Part shown: piece after piece, positions 1 to 7,894 of the stretch
Position numbering within the stretch: position 1 is the first letter of the stretch
How the letters are laid out: every line of letters begins with the position of its first letter
Assembly: GCA_964247135.1 (NCBI GenBank)
Contig: CAXTTL010000002.1
Coordinates: forward strand, 7,693-71,692
Origin: an uncultured Deinococcales bacterium
GTDB taxonomy: Bacteria > Deinococcota > Deinococci > Deinococcales > JAAFIG01
Direction: 5' to 3'
DNA length: 64,000 bases
The notes under the pieces: model-generated
Told to the model about the DNA's origin: nothing
Databases searched by the model: none
Seen by the model: the letters and a program-made list of their open reading frames with translations, nothing else
Made by a program: the position numbers and the translations under genes

Positions 1-575
1 ATGGTGGTCAACAAGAAATACGTGATACCGAGCGCAAAAACCAAAACGATCACGGGGTAGGTCAGGGCGCTGCGAATTTTACCGCGCAATGCCAATTCTT
101 TTTCTTGAAAGATGGCAACACGGTCAAGAACCGTATCGAGCGTACCCGAGATTTCACCGGCACGTACCAAATTCAGGAACAAACGGCTGAAAACCTTCGG
201 GTATTTGGAAATGGCATCCGAGAACGGCACACCGCCTTCAACGTCGGTTCGGACGCTCTTTAAAATCTTCCTCATGCCAGCGTCTTCGACTTGCTTGCCC
301 AGAATCGCCAGCGATTGCACCAGTGGCAAACCGGCGTCGATCATGGTGGCGAGTTGTCTCGAGAACAACGAAACGGCTTTTAAGCTGGGTGTTCCGTCGC
401 CCAGCCCAGGGATTTTGATGTCGGCGTTTAAGCCCGACTTTGGTGGTTGGATCGCCACAATAAACAAGTTTTTTTCGCGCAGCACATCGCGCACTTGTTT
501 TGCATCATCGGCTTCCATTGAAGACGAAATGACTTTGCCTGCCGCATCCCGAACTTTATAGGTAAACGTCGCCAT
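1..575 (-). CDS. pilC: Type IV pilus assembly / T2SS-F family platform protein PilC, N-terminal part (3' end runs off the window)
   Basis: Absent from the ORF track because there is no stop inside the window. The reverse complement from ATG (575-573) reads MATFTYKVRDAAGKVISSSMEADDAKQVRDVLREKNLFIVAI...SLFSRQLATMIDAGLPLVQSLAIL...FSRLFLNLVRAGEISGTLDTVLDRVA...YPVIVLVFALGITYFLL, a canonical GspF/PilC signature. Confidence 0.85.
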   Translation of the reverse strand, partial: MATFTYKVRDAAGKVISSSMEADDAKQVRDVLREKNLFIVAIQPPKSGLNADIKIPGLGDGTPSLKAVSLFSRQLATMIDAGLPLVQSLAILGKQVEDAGMRKILKSVRTDVEGGVPFSDAISKYPKVFSRLFLNLVRAGEISGTLDTVLDRVAIFQEKELALRGKIRSALTYPVIVLVFALGITYFLLTT

Positions 576-623
576 ATTGGGTAGTATAAACCTTGATATG
601 GTTTTTGACAGGGAATTTTTCAC

Positions 624-1250
624 GTGAGCCAACCAGCAGACGTAGAGCTTGTTCAAGATGGGGCGCTCGAGCTTCCCGAACTCGCCTTGATGCCTTCAGG
701 CAATGTTATTCCCGCCGAGGCAAGCTTGCTCGAGACGCTTTCGGCGGCGCTGCTGGCGGCGGGGCGTCCGGTCAAGCCCAAAGAGATTGCCAGTCTTTTG
801 GGCGTCCCCGTCGAATCTTCGCACCGTTTGATTGAAATGCTGCGGCGGCGATTTCAGCAGGCGTGTCTGGGTTTTGAGATCGAAGCCGTGGCGGGCGGCT
901 ACCGCTTGATCGTCGCGCCAGCCGTGGTGGCGCTGCTCGAGCCGCTGCTGGCCCCACCACCGCTTCCGGCATTGTCGGCGGCGGCGCTCGAGACGCTGGC
1001 TATTGTCGCGTACAAGCAACCGATCACGCGCGGCGAGGTCGAATTGATGCGAGGCTCGAGTGCGGCGAGCACCTTGGATACCTTGCAAGAACGCGAGTTG
1101 GTCAAGGTCGTGGGGCGCAAAGAGGTGATCGGACGTCCGATGCTCTTTGGCACGACCGAAAAGTTTTTGCTCGAGTTTGGACTCTCATCCATTTTGGATT
1201 TGCCCGCACTCGAGGATGATGAGACGTTGGGAGGTTTCTTGCGTGGTTGA
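624..1250 (+). CDS. scpB: Segregation and condensation protein B (ScpB)
   Basis: 208 aa. Two winged-helix ScpB modules (LLETLSAALLAAGRPVKPKEIASLLG; ALETLAIVAYKQPITRGEVELMRG...STLDTLQERELVKVVGRKEVIGRPMLFGTTEKFLLEFGL). GTG start. Confidence 0.9.
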   Translation: MSQPADVELVQDGALELPELALMPSGNVIPAEASLLETLSAALLAAGRPVKPKEIASLLGVPVESSHRLIEMLRRRFQQACLGFEIEAVAGGYRLIVAPAVVALLEPLLAPPPLPALSAAALETLAIVAYKQPITRGEVELMRGSSAASTLDTLQERELVKVVGRKEVIGRPMLFGTTEKFLLEFGLSSILDLPALEDDETLGGFLRG

Positions 1251-1417
1251 AGCTCTAACCTGGTTTGATTTCGATGCGAGGATTGACCGCGCAGCCTGTT
1301 CGAGCGGGTGTTAGGATACTTTTTGTCGATTCGCAAAATGGAGAATGAATTTTTTGGAATCTTGGGATTGAACGCTCGAGATGGCTATGATTTTGACTGA
1401 AGTTTTTTGGAGGATTT

Positions 1418-3349
1418 ATGGGCAACGTAACTTTTCGTGAACGGTTCCGATACTGGTTTGATAACACCATGGCTAAAGGACCAATCGCCATGATGGCGTG
1501 GCTGTTCTTGATTTCTCTGATCATTATCGTGCTGATCGCGTTCTTGGTTTCAATCTCTGGGGTTTCAGCCGTTCCTGTGGGCGACGATAAACGTGACGCC
1601 TACAGCTTTGGCGAATTGGTCTGGATGGGTTTGATGCGCACCCTCGACTCTGGCACGATGGGCGGCGACACCGGCATCTGGGCGTTCAGGGCGGCAATGT
1701 TGGCGGTCACGCTGGCGGGTATCTTTGTCGTCTCGAGCTTGATCGGCATCATCTCGAGCGGCTTGGAAACCAAAATGGATGAGCTGCGCAAAGGGCGTTC
1801 CAAAGTGCTCGAGCAGGATCACACCCTGATTTTGGGTTGGTCGGATCAGGTCTTTGCCATCGTTTCCGAGTTGGTGATTGCCAACGAAAACCGCAAAAAC
1901 CCGGTGATTGTGGTGCTCGCCGACCACGACAAGGTCGAAATGGAGGACGAGATTCGTTCTCGGGTGCCAAAATTGGGTCGCACGCGGGTGGTCTGCCGGT
2001 CGGGCAGTCCGATTGACCTGAGCGATCTCGAGGTGGTCAGCCCGCAAACCTCGCGTTCGATTGTGGTGCTGTCCCCAGAAGGTGACGATCCCGATTCGCA
2101 CGTGATCAAAACCGTTCTGGCGCTGACCAACAACCCCAAGCGCCGTGCCGAGAACGATGCCAGGGGGGCGTATCACATTGTGGCGGTGATTCAAAATCCT
2201 GGCAATTTGGAAGCCGCGCACCTTGTCGGGCGCGACGAGGCGCATTTTGTGCTGGGCGAGGATTTGATCTCGAGGATCACAGCGCAAACCTGTCGCCAAA
2301 GCGGTCTGAGCGTGGTTTACACCGAGTTGCTCGATTTTGACGGCGACGAAATTTATTTTCAAGCCGAATCGAGCTTGACCGGCAAAACCTACGGGCAAGC
2401 GCTGTCGGTGTTTGAAGACTCGAGCCTGATGGGTCTGTACAAAAACGGGACTGAGGTTTTGATTAACCCTGCCAGTGACACCAAAATCGAATCTGGCGAT
2501 CAACTGATTTGCATCAGCCGCGACGATGACACGATCAAACCCTCAAAAATCACGCCGAGTATCGACCTGTCATTGATTGTCGCCGCCAAAGAAAAATTTG
2601 CCGCCGCCAGCGAAAAAACCATCATTCTGGGTTGGAATCCTCAGGGTGTGACCATCATCAACGAACTCGAGCAGTACGTTGCTCCAGGCTCAAGCGTGAT
2701 GATCGTGGCGAACGATGAAAGCATTCCAGAAACCTTGAAACGCGAGTGTGCTGGCGTGACCAAGCAAAAACTCGAGTTTCAAATGGGTGACACCACAGAC
2801 CGCCGCACGCTCGAGAGCCTTGACGCGACCAATGTTGACCATGTGATCGTGCTGGCGTACCGTGAGCACCTCGAGGTTCAACAAGCCGATGCCAAAACCC
2901 TGATTACCTTGCTGCATTTGCGCGAAATTGCCGAAAAGGCTGGCAAAGACATGAGCATCGTCTCCGAGATGCTCGACAACCGCAACCGCGAACTGGCGGA
3001 AGTCACCAAAGCCGACGATTATATTGTCAGCGACAAACTGATTAGCTTGATGCTCTCACAAATTTCTGAGAACAAACACTTGGCAGAAGTGTTCAGGTAT
3101 TTGTTCTCGAGCGACGGCAGCGAAATTTACTTGCGTCCAGCCAGCGCTTACGTCAAAACGGGCGCGGACATGAACTTTTACACCGTGCTCGAGGCGGCAC
3201 GCTTACGCGGCGAGACTGCGATTGGTTACCGCATCGAATCTCAAGCCCACGACGCCGATAAAGCTTACGGCGTGCGCGTCAACCCGAAAAAATCGGACAT
3301 GATCCGGTTCTCGAGCGATGACAAGATCATTGTGCTGGCGGAAGATTAA
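1418..3349 (+). CDS. CASTOR/POLLUX-type putative ion channel with two RCK/TrkA-N domains
   Basis: 643 aa. N-terminal RFRYWFDNTMAKGP plus TM helices, then two Rossmann-like RCK modules (LILGWSDQVFAIVSEL, IILGWNPQGVTIINEL). GGAGGA lies just upstream of the ATG. Confidence 0.65.
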   Translation: MGNVTFRERFRYWFDNTMAKGPIAMMAWLFLISLIIIVLIAFLVSISGVSAVPVGDDKRDAYSFGELVWMGLMRTLDSGTMGGDTGIWAFRAAMLAVTLAGIFVVSSLIGIISSGLETKMDELRKGRSKVLEQDHTLILGWSDQVFAIVSELVIANENRKNPVIVVLADHDKVEMEDEIRSRVPKLGRTRVVCRSGSPIDLSDLEVVSPQTSRSIVVLSPEGDDPDSHVIKTVLALTNNPKRRAENDARGAYHIVAVIQNPGNLEAAHLVGRDEAHFVLGEDLISRITAQTCRQSGLSVVYTELLDFDGDEIYFQAESSLTGKTYGQALSVFEDSSLMGLYKNGTEVLINPASDTKIESGDQLICISRDDDTIKPSKITPSIDLSLIVAAKEKFAAASEKTIILGWNPQGVTIINELEQYVAPGSSVMIVANDESIPETLKRECAGVTKQKLEFQMGDTTDRRTLESLDATNVDHVIVLAYREHLEVQQADAKTLITLLHLREIAEKAGKDMSIVSEMLDNRNRELAEVTKADDYIVSDKLISLMLSQISENKHLAEVFRYLFSSDGSEIYLRPASAYVKTGADMNFYTVLEAARLRGETAIGYRIESQAHDADKAYGVRVNPKKSDMIRFSSDDKIIVLAED

Positions 3350-3393
3350 GCGATTGGCTATTGGCTCAAACCCTCGAAATCAAATCAAAATCC

Positions 3394-3447
3394 GTAGTGC
3401 GCCCCGCGCACCGTGTTTCAAGCGTTGGTGCGCACGGCGCACCCTAC
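3394..3447. repeat. Inverted pair of REP-like hairpin units (GTAG-TGCGCC-N-GCGCACC family)
   Basis: GTAGTGCGCCCCGCGCACC (3394-3412) and the reverse-oriented GGTGCGCACGGCGCACCCTAC (3427-3447) are copies of one unit. Each is a GC hairpin. They lie in the channel/aroE intergenic region. Related copies are at 27696, 33856 and 53886. Confidence 0.6.
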
Positions 3448-3450
3448 CGT

Positions 3451-3456
3451 TAGGAT
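3451..3456 (+). promoter_or_regulatory. Putative -10 box (TAGGAT) placed for a leaderless aroE mRNA
   Basis: TAGGAT is followed by a 6-nt spacer (ATTGAC) and the aroE ATG at 3463. There is no Shine-Dalgarno. Confidence 0.4.
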
Positions 3457-3462
3457 ATTGAC

Positions 3463-4284
3463 ATGAACCAACTTGAAACTCGAGCTTGCCTGTTCGCACA
3501 CCCTGCCAAGCACAGCCTGTCACCGGCGATGCACAATACGGCACTCGGGTTTTTGGGGATTGCGGCGCGGTATGAGGCTCGAGATGTGCCGCCTGAATTG
3601 CTGGCGGCAGAATTCGCTGTCTTGCGAAGATCAAACTTGTGGGGTGTGAACCTCAGCATTCCGCATAAACAAGCGGCGCTCGGGTTGGTGGACAGCCTGA
3701 GCCTTGAGGCTAGCACGATTGGTGCGATCAATACCGTGGTGCATCAAAATGGTTCATTGCACGGTATAAACACCGACGCGCCAGGTTTTATGGCGGCGTT
3801 GCTCGAGGGGGGCTGTAACCCCTCTGGGCTTCAGGTTACGGTTCTTGGGGCAGGCGGCGCGGCTCGAGGGGTTTGCTGGGCATTGCGAGAGGCTGGTGCG
3901 AACGTCAACCTTTGGAATCGCAGTCCGGCTCGAGCCAAACAACTGTGCGACGAGTTCGGACTGAATTTTGTCTCAGACAGTGCCCTCGAGCAACACGTTA
4001 GATACTCGAGTTTGCTGGTGAACACCACCAGCGTTGGGCTTGACAACCCGCTCGAGTCGCCACTTCCTGATGGCGTGCTGCCCAACTCGGGTTGGGTTTG
4101 CGACATCGTTTACCGACCACTGGAAACCAAACTGTTAAAAGACGCTCGAGCGAGGGGTTTGACGGGCATTGACGGGCTGGGGATGCTGGTGCATCAAGGC
4201 GCGTTGGCATTAAAAGCCTGGACTGGTCGTGATGCGCCCGTGGATGTGATGCGCAAAGCGGCTTTGACACAACTCAAAACCTAA
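3463..4284 (+). CDS. aroE: Shikimate dehydrogenase
   Basis: 273 aa. HSLSPAMHN, NLSIPHKQAA, INTVV, GINTD.PGF and the VLGAGGAARG NADP-binding glycine loop. Confidence 0.9.
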   Translation: MNQLETRACLFAHPAKHSLSPAMHNTALGFLGIAARYEARDVPPELLAAEFAVLRRSNLWGVNLSIPHKQAALGLVDSLSLEASTIGAINTVVHQNGSLHGINTDAPGFMAALLEGGCNPSGLQVTVLGAGGAARGVCWALREAGANVNLWNRSPARAKQLCDEFGLNFVSDSALEQHVRYSSLLVNTTSVGLDNPLESPLPDGVLPNSGWVCDIVYRPLETKLLKDARARGLTGIDGLGMLVHQGALALKAWTGRDAPVDVMRKAALTQLKT

Positions 4285-4312
4285 TTTGGACTTCAAAAAA
4301 CGTGTCAGCCTA

Positions 4313-4318
4313 TAAAAT
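4313..4318 (+). promoter_or_regulatory. Putative -10 box (TAAAAT) placed for a leaderless mRNA
   Basis: TATAAAAT is followed by a 6-nt spacer (AGAACC) and the ATG at 4325. No SD. Confidence 0.4.
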
Positions 4319-4324
4319 AGAACC

Positions 4325-6331
4325 ATGCCTCGCCTCTCGCTCGGTACAGCCCAACTCGAGCAAGCTGGGCGGTTTCTTACACTTGAGCGCAAAACGGCGG
4401 CGGTGTTGGCGTTGTGCGCGATTGAAGGTGCGCAATCTCGAGCCAAACTGGCGCAGTGGTTTTGGGGTGACGCTTTTGCTGGGCGCAACAATTTGCGTCA
4501 GGCATTGTTTAAACTCAAAAACTTTGATCTGTTCGCGCAGTCAGAACCGTTAACACTTCATTCAAACCTCGAGATCAAGTTCGATGGGCTGCTGATTGGT
4601 TTGGAGTACGCCGATTGTCCAGAGTTTGAGGAATGGTTGCTGTTGCAACGCGCCATCTTGGAAAGCAAGCAACTCGGGCAGCTCGAGCTTGAAATCCTGA
4701 AATTACAAGAATCGGGTGACCACCAAAACGCCCTGAAACACGCCAAAGAATGGTTGCAACTCGAGCCGTTCTCCGAAGAGGCATTGCGCCATGTCATGCG
4801 CTTAATGGTGGCGCAAAATGAATTGGCGGCGGCTCGGGTAACGTTTCAAATTTTTAGCAAACGCCTCTGGAAAGAATGGGGTTTTACGCCGAGCACCGCC
4901 ACCCAGCAACTCGCCTCAGAACTCGAGCAACAAGCGCTGCAAGATGCGGCGAGCGCTTTAATGAAATTTGCTCAACACGCCGAAGATCAATTGCAATTTG
5001 AGGCTGCCGCCACGCACTGGCAGGCAGCAGCCGAAAAACTCGAGGGCATCAACCGCGCTCAGGCATTTCAAACATGGCAAAAGGCGCACGGTTTAAGGCT
5101 CGAGTTTCCAGACGCCCACCTCGAGTTTGTCACCAGTCAAATTGAACGCCTTGCGCAAGCCCCGAACGATTTGGCGATGGCGGCGTTGGCGAGGGCGCAA
5201 ACCGCGTTTGCCCTCAACGATTTTGTGCTGGCGGCAAGGGCGGCTCGAATGGGGTTAAAACAAACCTCGGATCATCACTTGCAGGCACAACTCGAGAACG
5301 AACTGGCGAGCGCCTTGTTGCGGCTCGATCAAGTGCCAGAGGCGCTCGAAGCCCATGCTCGAGCATTGAATTTGTTGCAAGATTCGAGCGACCTGGAATT
5401 AAAAGCCAGCACGCTCGCCGAACTGGCGCTCGCCAAAGCCAACGCCGACCAGCACCAGGCAGCCCAACACGATTTTTTCGAGGCTGACAGGTTGTACACT
5501 GTCCTCGAGCGTCCACGCGAACGCATGACGATTCTGGGCAACCTCGCCATGAGCCAACGTATGCAGGGCAACAGTGAAGCCGCACTTGAGACACTGATGC
5601 TTGCCCAAACCATCCTCAGTGGGGCGAGTGGCGTGCTCGACGAGGCACGTTATTTGCTCGCCAATCGAGGCGAAATTTTTTGCTGGCGTGAGGAGTACAT
5701 CGCTGCGCTAGCCGATTTGTTGCACGCCAAAACCTTGAGCGAGCAACAAAACTTGCCGATGAGTTTTGTCTGGTTCAGGCTGGCGCACGTCTACCAACGC
5801 CTTGGTGCGACAGACCTGGCACTCGAGGCAATTGAACATGCCGAACAGAGTCCTGGGGTGCTGAACCGTGGGCAGGCGATGGCGGCGATCATTCGCGCTC
5901 GGGTCAAACGCGAAATTGGTCTTGACGCTCGAGCCGATTTGCAACGCGCCGAACAATTGTTGGCTGGACGAAATACATACAGTCACGGTTTGCGCCTGAC
6001 CCTAGAGAAACTGGCACTCCAACCCGATTTGAGTGTCGCCCAAAAAACCTTGGCAGAGATTCAAAGCCTCGAGCTTCACGCCCTCGAACCTGTGGCGCAC
6101 CTGCGAATTGCTCAAGTCTCTCGAGATGTTGACACTGCCGTTCACGCCTGGAAGTTGCTCGAGCGCATCACGCCCATCGACATCACCCGCAATGAGATTG
6201 CCGTGACCTGCCTCGATCTTGGAATTGACCTGGGATACCAGCAACCGTTATCGGACATCCCGCTCGAATTTCGAGATGCCTTCCAAAAACTTCCTACCCA
6301 ACAGCGTTTGCGCCCACTAACGCTGCAATAA
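4325..6331 (+). CDS. SARP-like regulator: degenerate winged helix + BTAD domain + long TPR-like C-terminus
   Basis: 668 aa. BTAD signature (ADCPEFEEWLLLQRAILE...EEALRHVMRLMVAQNELAAARVTFQIFSKRLWKEWGFTPSTATQQL), followed by about 450 aa of Ala/Leu-rich helical repeats. No NTPase motif seen. Confidence 0.7.
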   Translation: MPRLSLGTAQLEQAGRFLTLERKTAAVLALCAIEGAQSRAKLAQWFWGDAFAGRNNLRQALFKLKNFDLFAQSEPLTLHSNLEIKFDGLLIGLEYADCPEFEEWLLLQRAILESKQLGQLELEILKLQESGDHQNALKHAKEWLQLEPFSEEALRHVMRLMVAQNELAAARVTFQIFSKRLWKEWGFTPSTATQQLASELEQQALQDAASALMKFAQHAEDQLQFEAAATHWQAAAEKLEGINRAQAFQTWQKAHGLRLEFPDAHLEFVTSQIERLAQAPNDLAMAALARAQTAFALNDFVLAARAARMGLKQTSDHHLQAQLENELASALLRLDQVPEALEAHARALNLLQDSSDLELKASTLAELALAKANADQHQAAQHDFFEADRLYTVLERPRERMTILGNLAMSQRMQGNSEAALETLMLAQTILSGASGVLDEARYLLANRGEIFCWREEYIAALADLLHAKTLSEQQNLPMSFVWFRLAHVYQRLGATDLALEAIEHAEQSPGVLNRGQAMAAIIRARVKREIGLDARADLQRAEQLLAGRNTYSHGLRLTLEKLALQPDLSVAQKTLAEIQSLELHALEPVAHLRIAQVSRDVDTAVHAWKLLERITPIDITRNEIAVTCLDLGIDLGYQQPLSDIPLEFRDAFQKLPTQQRLRPLTLQ

Positions 6332-6355
6332 CGCCCAGTCTTTAAACTCCTATTC

Positions 6356-6553
6356 ATGAGTGAACGCCAAACGGTGCTGCTGAGAGCCACTAAGCTCGGC
6401 TCGAGGTGGTTGCTCGAAGCCCACCATTTGCAAACCCACGTCGAGCACCGTTTTAAAAGTGTGGCGGCGCTCGAGACTTGGTTGCGGCAAACCCTGCCTG
6501 AAGAAGATGAAAAACCCGTCTCGGACGTAACATCTCGAGCCAATGAAGGTTAA
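6356..6553 (+). CDS. Hypothetical small protein (65 aa)
   Basis: An ORF that fills the gap between the regulator and the next gene. The composition is ordinary, but there is no SD or -10 box and no recognisable family. Confidence 0.3.
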   Translation: MSERQTVLLRATKLGSRWLLEAHHLQTHVEHRFKSVAALETWLRQTLPEEDEKPVSDVTSRANEG

Positions 6554-6575
6554 GATCAAGACACAAGGAGCAATC

Positions 6576-7862
6576 ATGAAAAAATCTGTGATCCTGTTGG
6601 GGCTGACTGTGGCGGCGGTCGCATTGGCGCAAACGCAATACAAAGTCGTGTTCGGCGGCAAAACCACCGGCATTGCGGGCGTGGTTGCCGCAGGAAAACT
6701 TTCGCTCTCGAGCAAACCCTATGCGGGTGCGCTCGGCTCGAGTGTCAGCATCGACTTTAAAGCCAAGAGCGCCAGTTTTACCCGCAACGGTAAAACCGCC
6801 AAAGTGGCTGTCAGCATTCAAAAAGACATTGCTTATGCGCCTGCGGTGGAGGTCGCCAAAGGTTTGGGTTTGAACGCCAGCGTCTCGAGCAACACGGTTA
6901 CAGTCACAAATCCGACACCCGCCGCCCCGAGCAACGCGCCGAGTGTTCAAGGCACAAGCCAGCAAAACGGTGGTGACGGCTTGATCGGACAAACCTACAC
7001 GCTTTGCAAAGGCGACAACGCCATCAATTACCAGATCACCAAGCTCGAGTACAGCGTTGGTGATTATTTGTACGATGGCGGTAACAAAAACGATGTTTTA
7101 AGTCCAGATCAAAAAGCGTTGGTGATTTATTTCACGGTGCAAAACCCACTGAAAAGCGAAAGTTATGTCAACGGCGGCAGGATTCGGTTCTCTGGTGTGG
7201 ATTCCAAAAATCAGAATGTCGCTGGCGATGGCTACTGGTACGAGCAAGGTACATTGCGTCAGGTGGACACCAGTTTGCGTCCAGCGCAAAAAATCAATGC
7301 CTTTACCCGCATTATTTTGGGCAACGACGTCAGCCTGCCAAAAATGATCGTGGACGATTGCAACAACGCGATCTGGCGTTACGATTTGCGCGACAAGGTC
7401 GCGCCGCTTCCCGCCCCGTTCGCCGATCCCAGCGTGCCCGACGGCTCGAGCGCCCTGAAAATCTTTCCCGCACAATTTGGCACGTACTACCCAGGGCGCA
7501 CGAATTTTAGGATTGACAAGCTCGAGTACAGCACCGCGCCCTGGTTTGACGGCAGCAATCCGCCCGAGGGTGGAAAATGGTTGATCGTGTACTTCACGGT
7601 GCAAAACCCGACCAAACAAACGCAAAGCCTGGGTCAGAGCGCCCTGTCATTTTTGGACCAAGACAACATTGAAAGCTCACAGTCGGGCTGGGTCTACCGC
7701 GCCTCGAGGGACACGGGCATTGGGGATATTCAACTGCCTGCCAACCAAGAAATTCAATTGCGGGCATTGGCAGAAGTACCGGCGGGCGTGGAGGTCAAAA
7801 AGATTAGACTGACCTGGGATTATACCAGGACTGCTGAGCTTGACACCCTAGCCCTCAAATAA
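6576..7862 (+). CDS. Secreted protein: stalk-like (copper-amine-oxidase-N-like) domain + two DUF4352-like beta-sandwich repeats
   Basis: The start is moved from 6543 to the ATG at 6576, which has AAGGAG 5 nt upstream and gives the signal peptide MKKSVILLGLTVAAVALAQ. Internal duplication: ALVIYFTVQNPLKSESY and WLIVYFTVQNPTKQTQS. Confidence 0.75.
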   Translation: MKKSVILLGLTVAAVALAQTQYKVVFGGKTTGIAGVVAAGKLSLSSKPYAGALGSSVSIDFKAKSASFTRNGKTAKVAVSIQKDIAYAPAVEVAKGLGLNASVSSNTVTVTNPTPAAPSNAPSVQGTSQQNGGDGLIGQTYTLCKGDNAINYQITKLEYSVGDYLYDGGNKNDVLSPDQKALVIYFTVQNPLKSESYVNGGRIRFSGVDSKNQNVAGDGYWYEQGTLRQVDTSLRPAQKINAFTRIILGNDVSLPKMIVDDCNNAIWRYDLRDKVAPLPAPFADPSVPDGSSALKIFPAQFGTYYPGRTNFRIDKLEYSTAPWFDGSNPPEGGKWLIVYFTVQNPTKQTQSLGQSALSFLDQDNIESSQSGWVYRASRDTGIGDIQLPANQEIQLRALAEVPAGVEVKKIRLTWDYTRTAELDTLALK

Positions 7863-7894
7863 TTTAAGCTTGAATAAGCCACCCGAGGAGACGC

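Noticed and set aside
112-561. 149-aa plus-strand ORF at the left edge
   Set aside because: It lies entirely antisense to a clear PilC/GspF-family coding sequence (minus strand, 1-575). Its product is Ser/Arg/Thr-rich with no recognisable features.
1251-1417. A riboswitch (for example c-di-AMP/ydaO) upstream of the RCK-domain channel gene
   Set aside because: The 167-nt region shows none of the conserved ydaO elements (such as the ACGGGGA-type motif as I recall it) and no terminator or antiterminator pair. It was judged by eye only.
1565-2503. Long antisense ORFs: 1565-2503, 9230-9958, 11550-12314, 20975-21799, 27850-28971, 39526-40467, 44135-44908, 47569-48351 and 52479-53690
   Set aside because: Each is the mirror frame of a gene with strong family motifs (channel, GlyRS, GabT, MeaB, MinD, kinase, PriA and so on). 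The products are Arg/Gly/His-rich and low in complexity. Long stop-free antisense frames are expected in GC-biased coding DNA.
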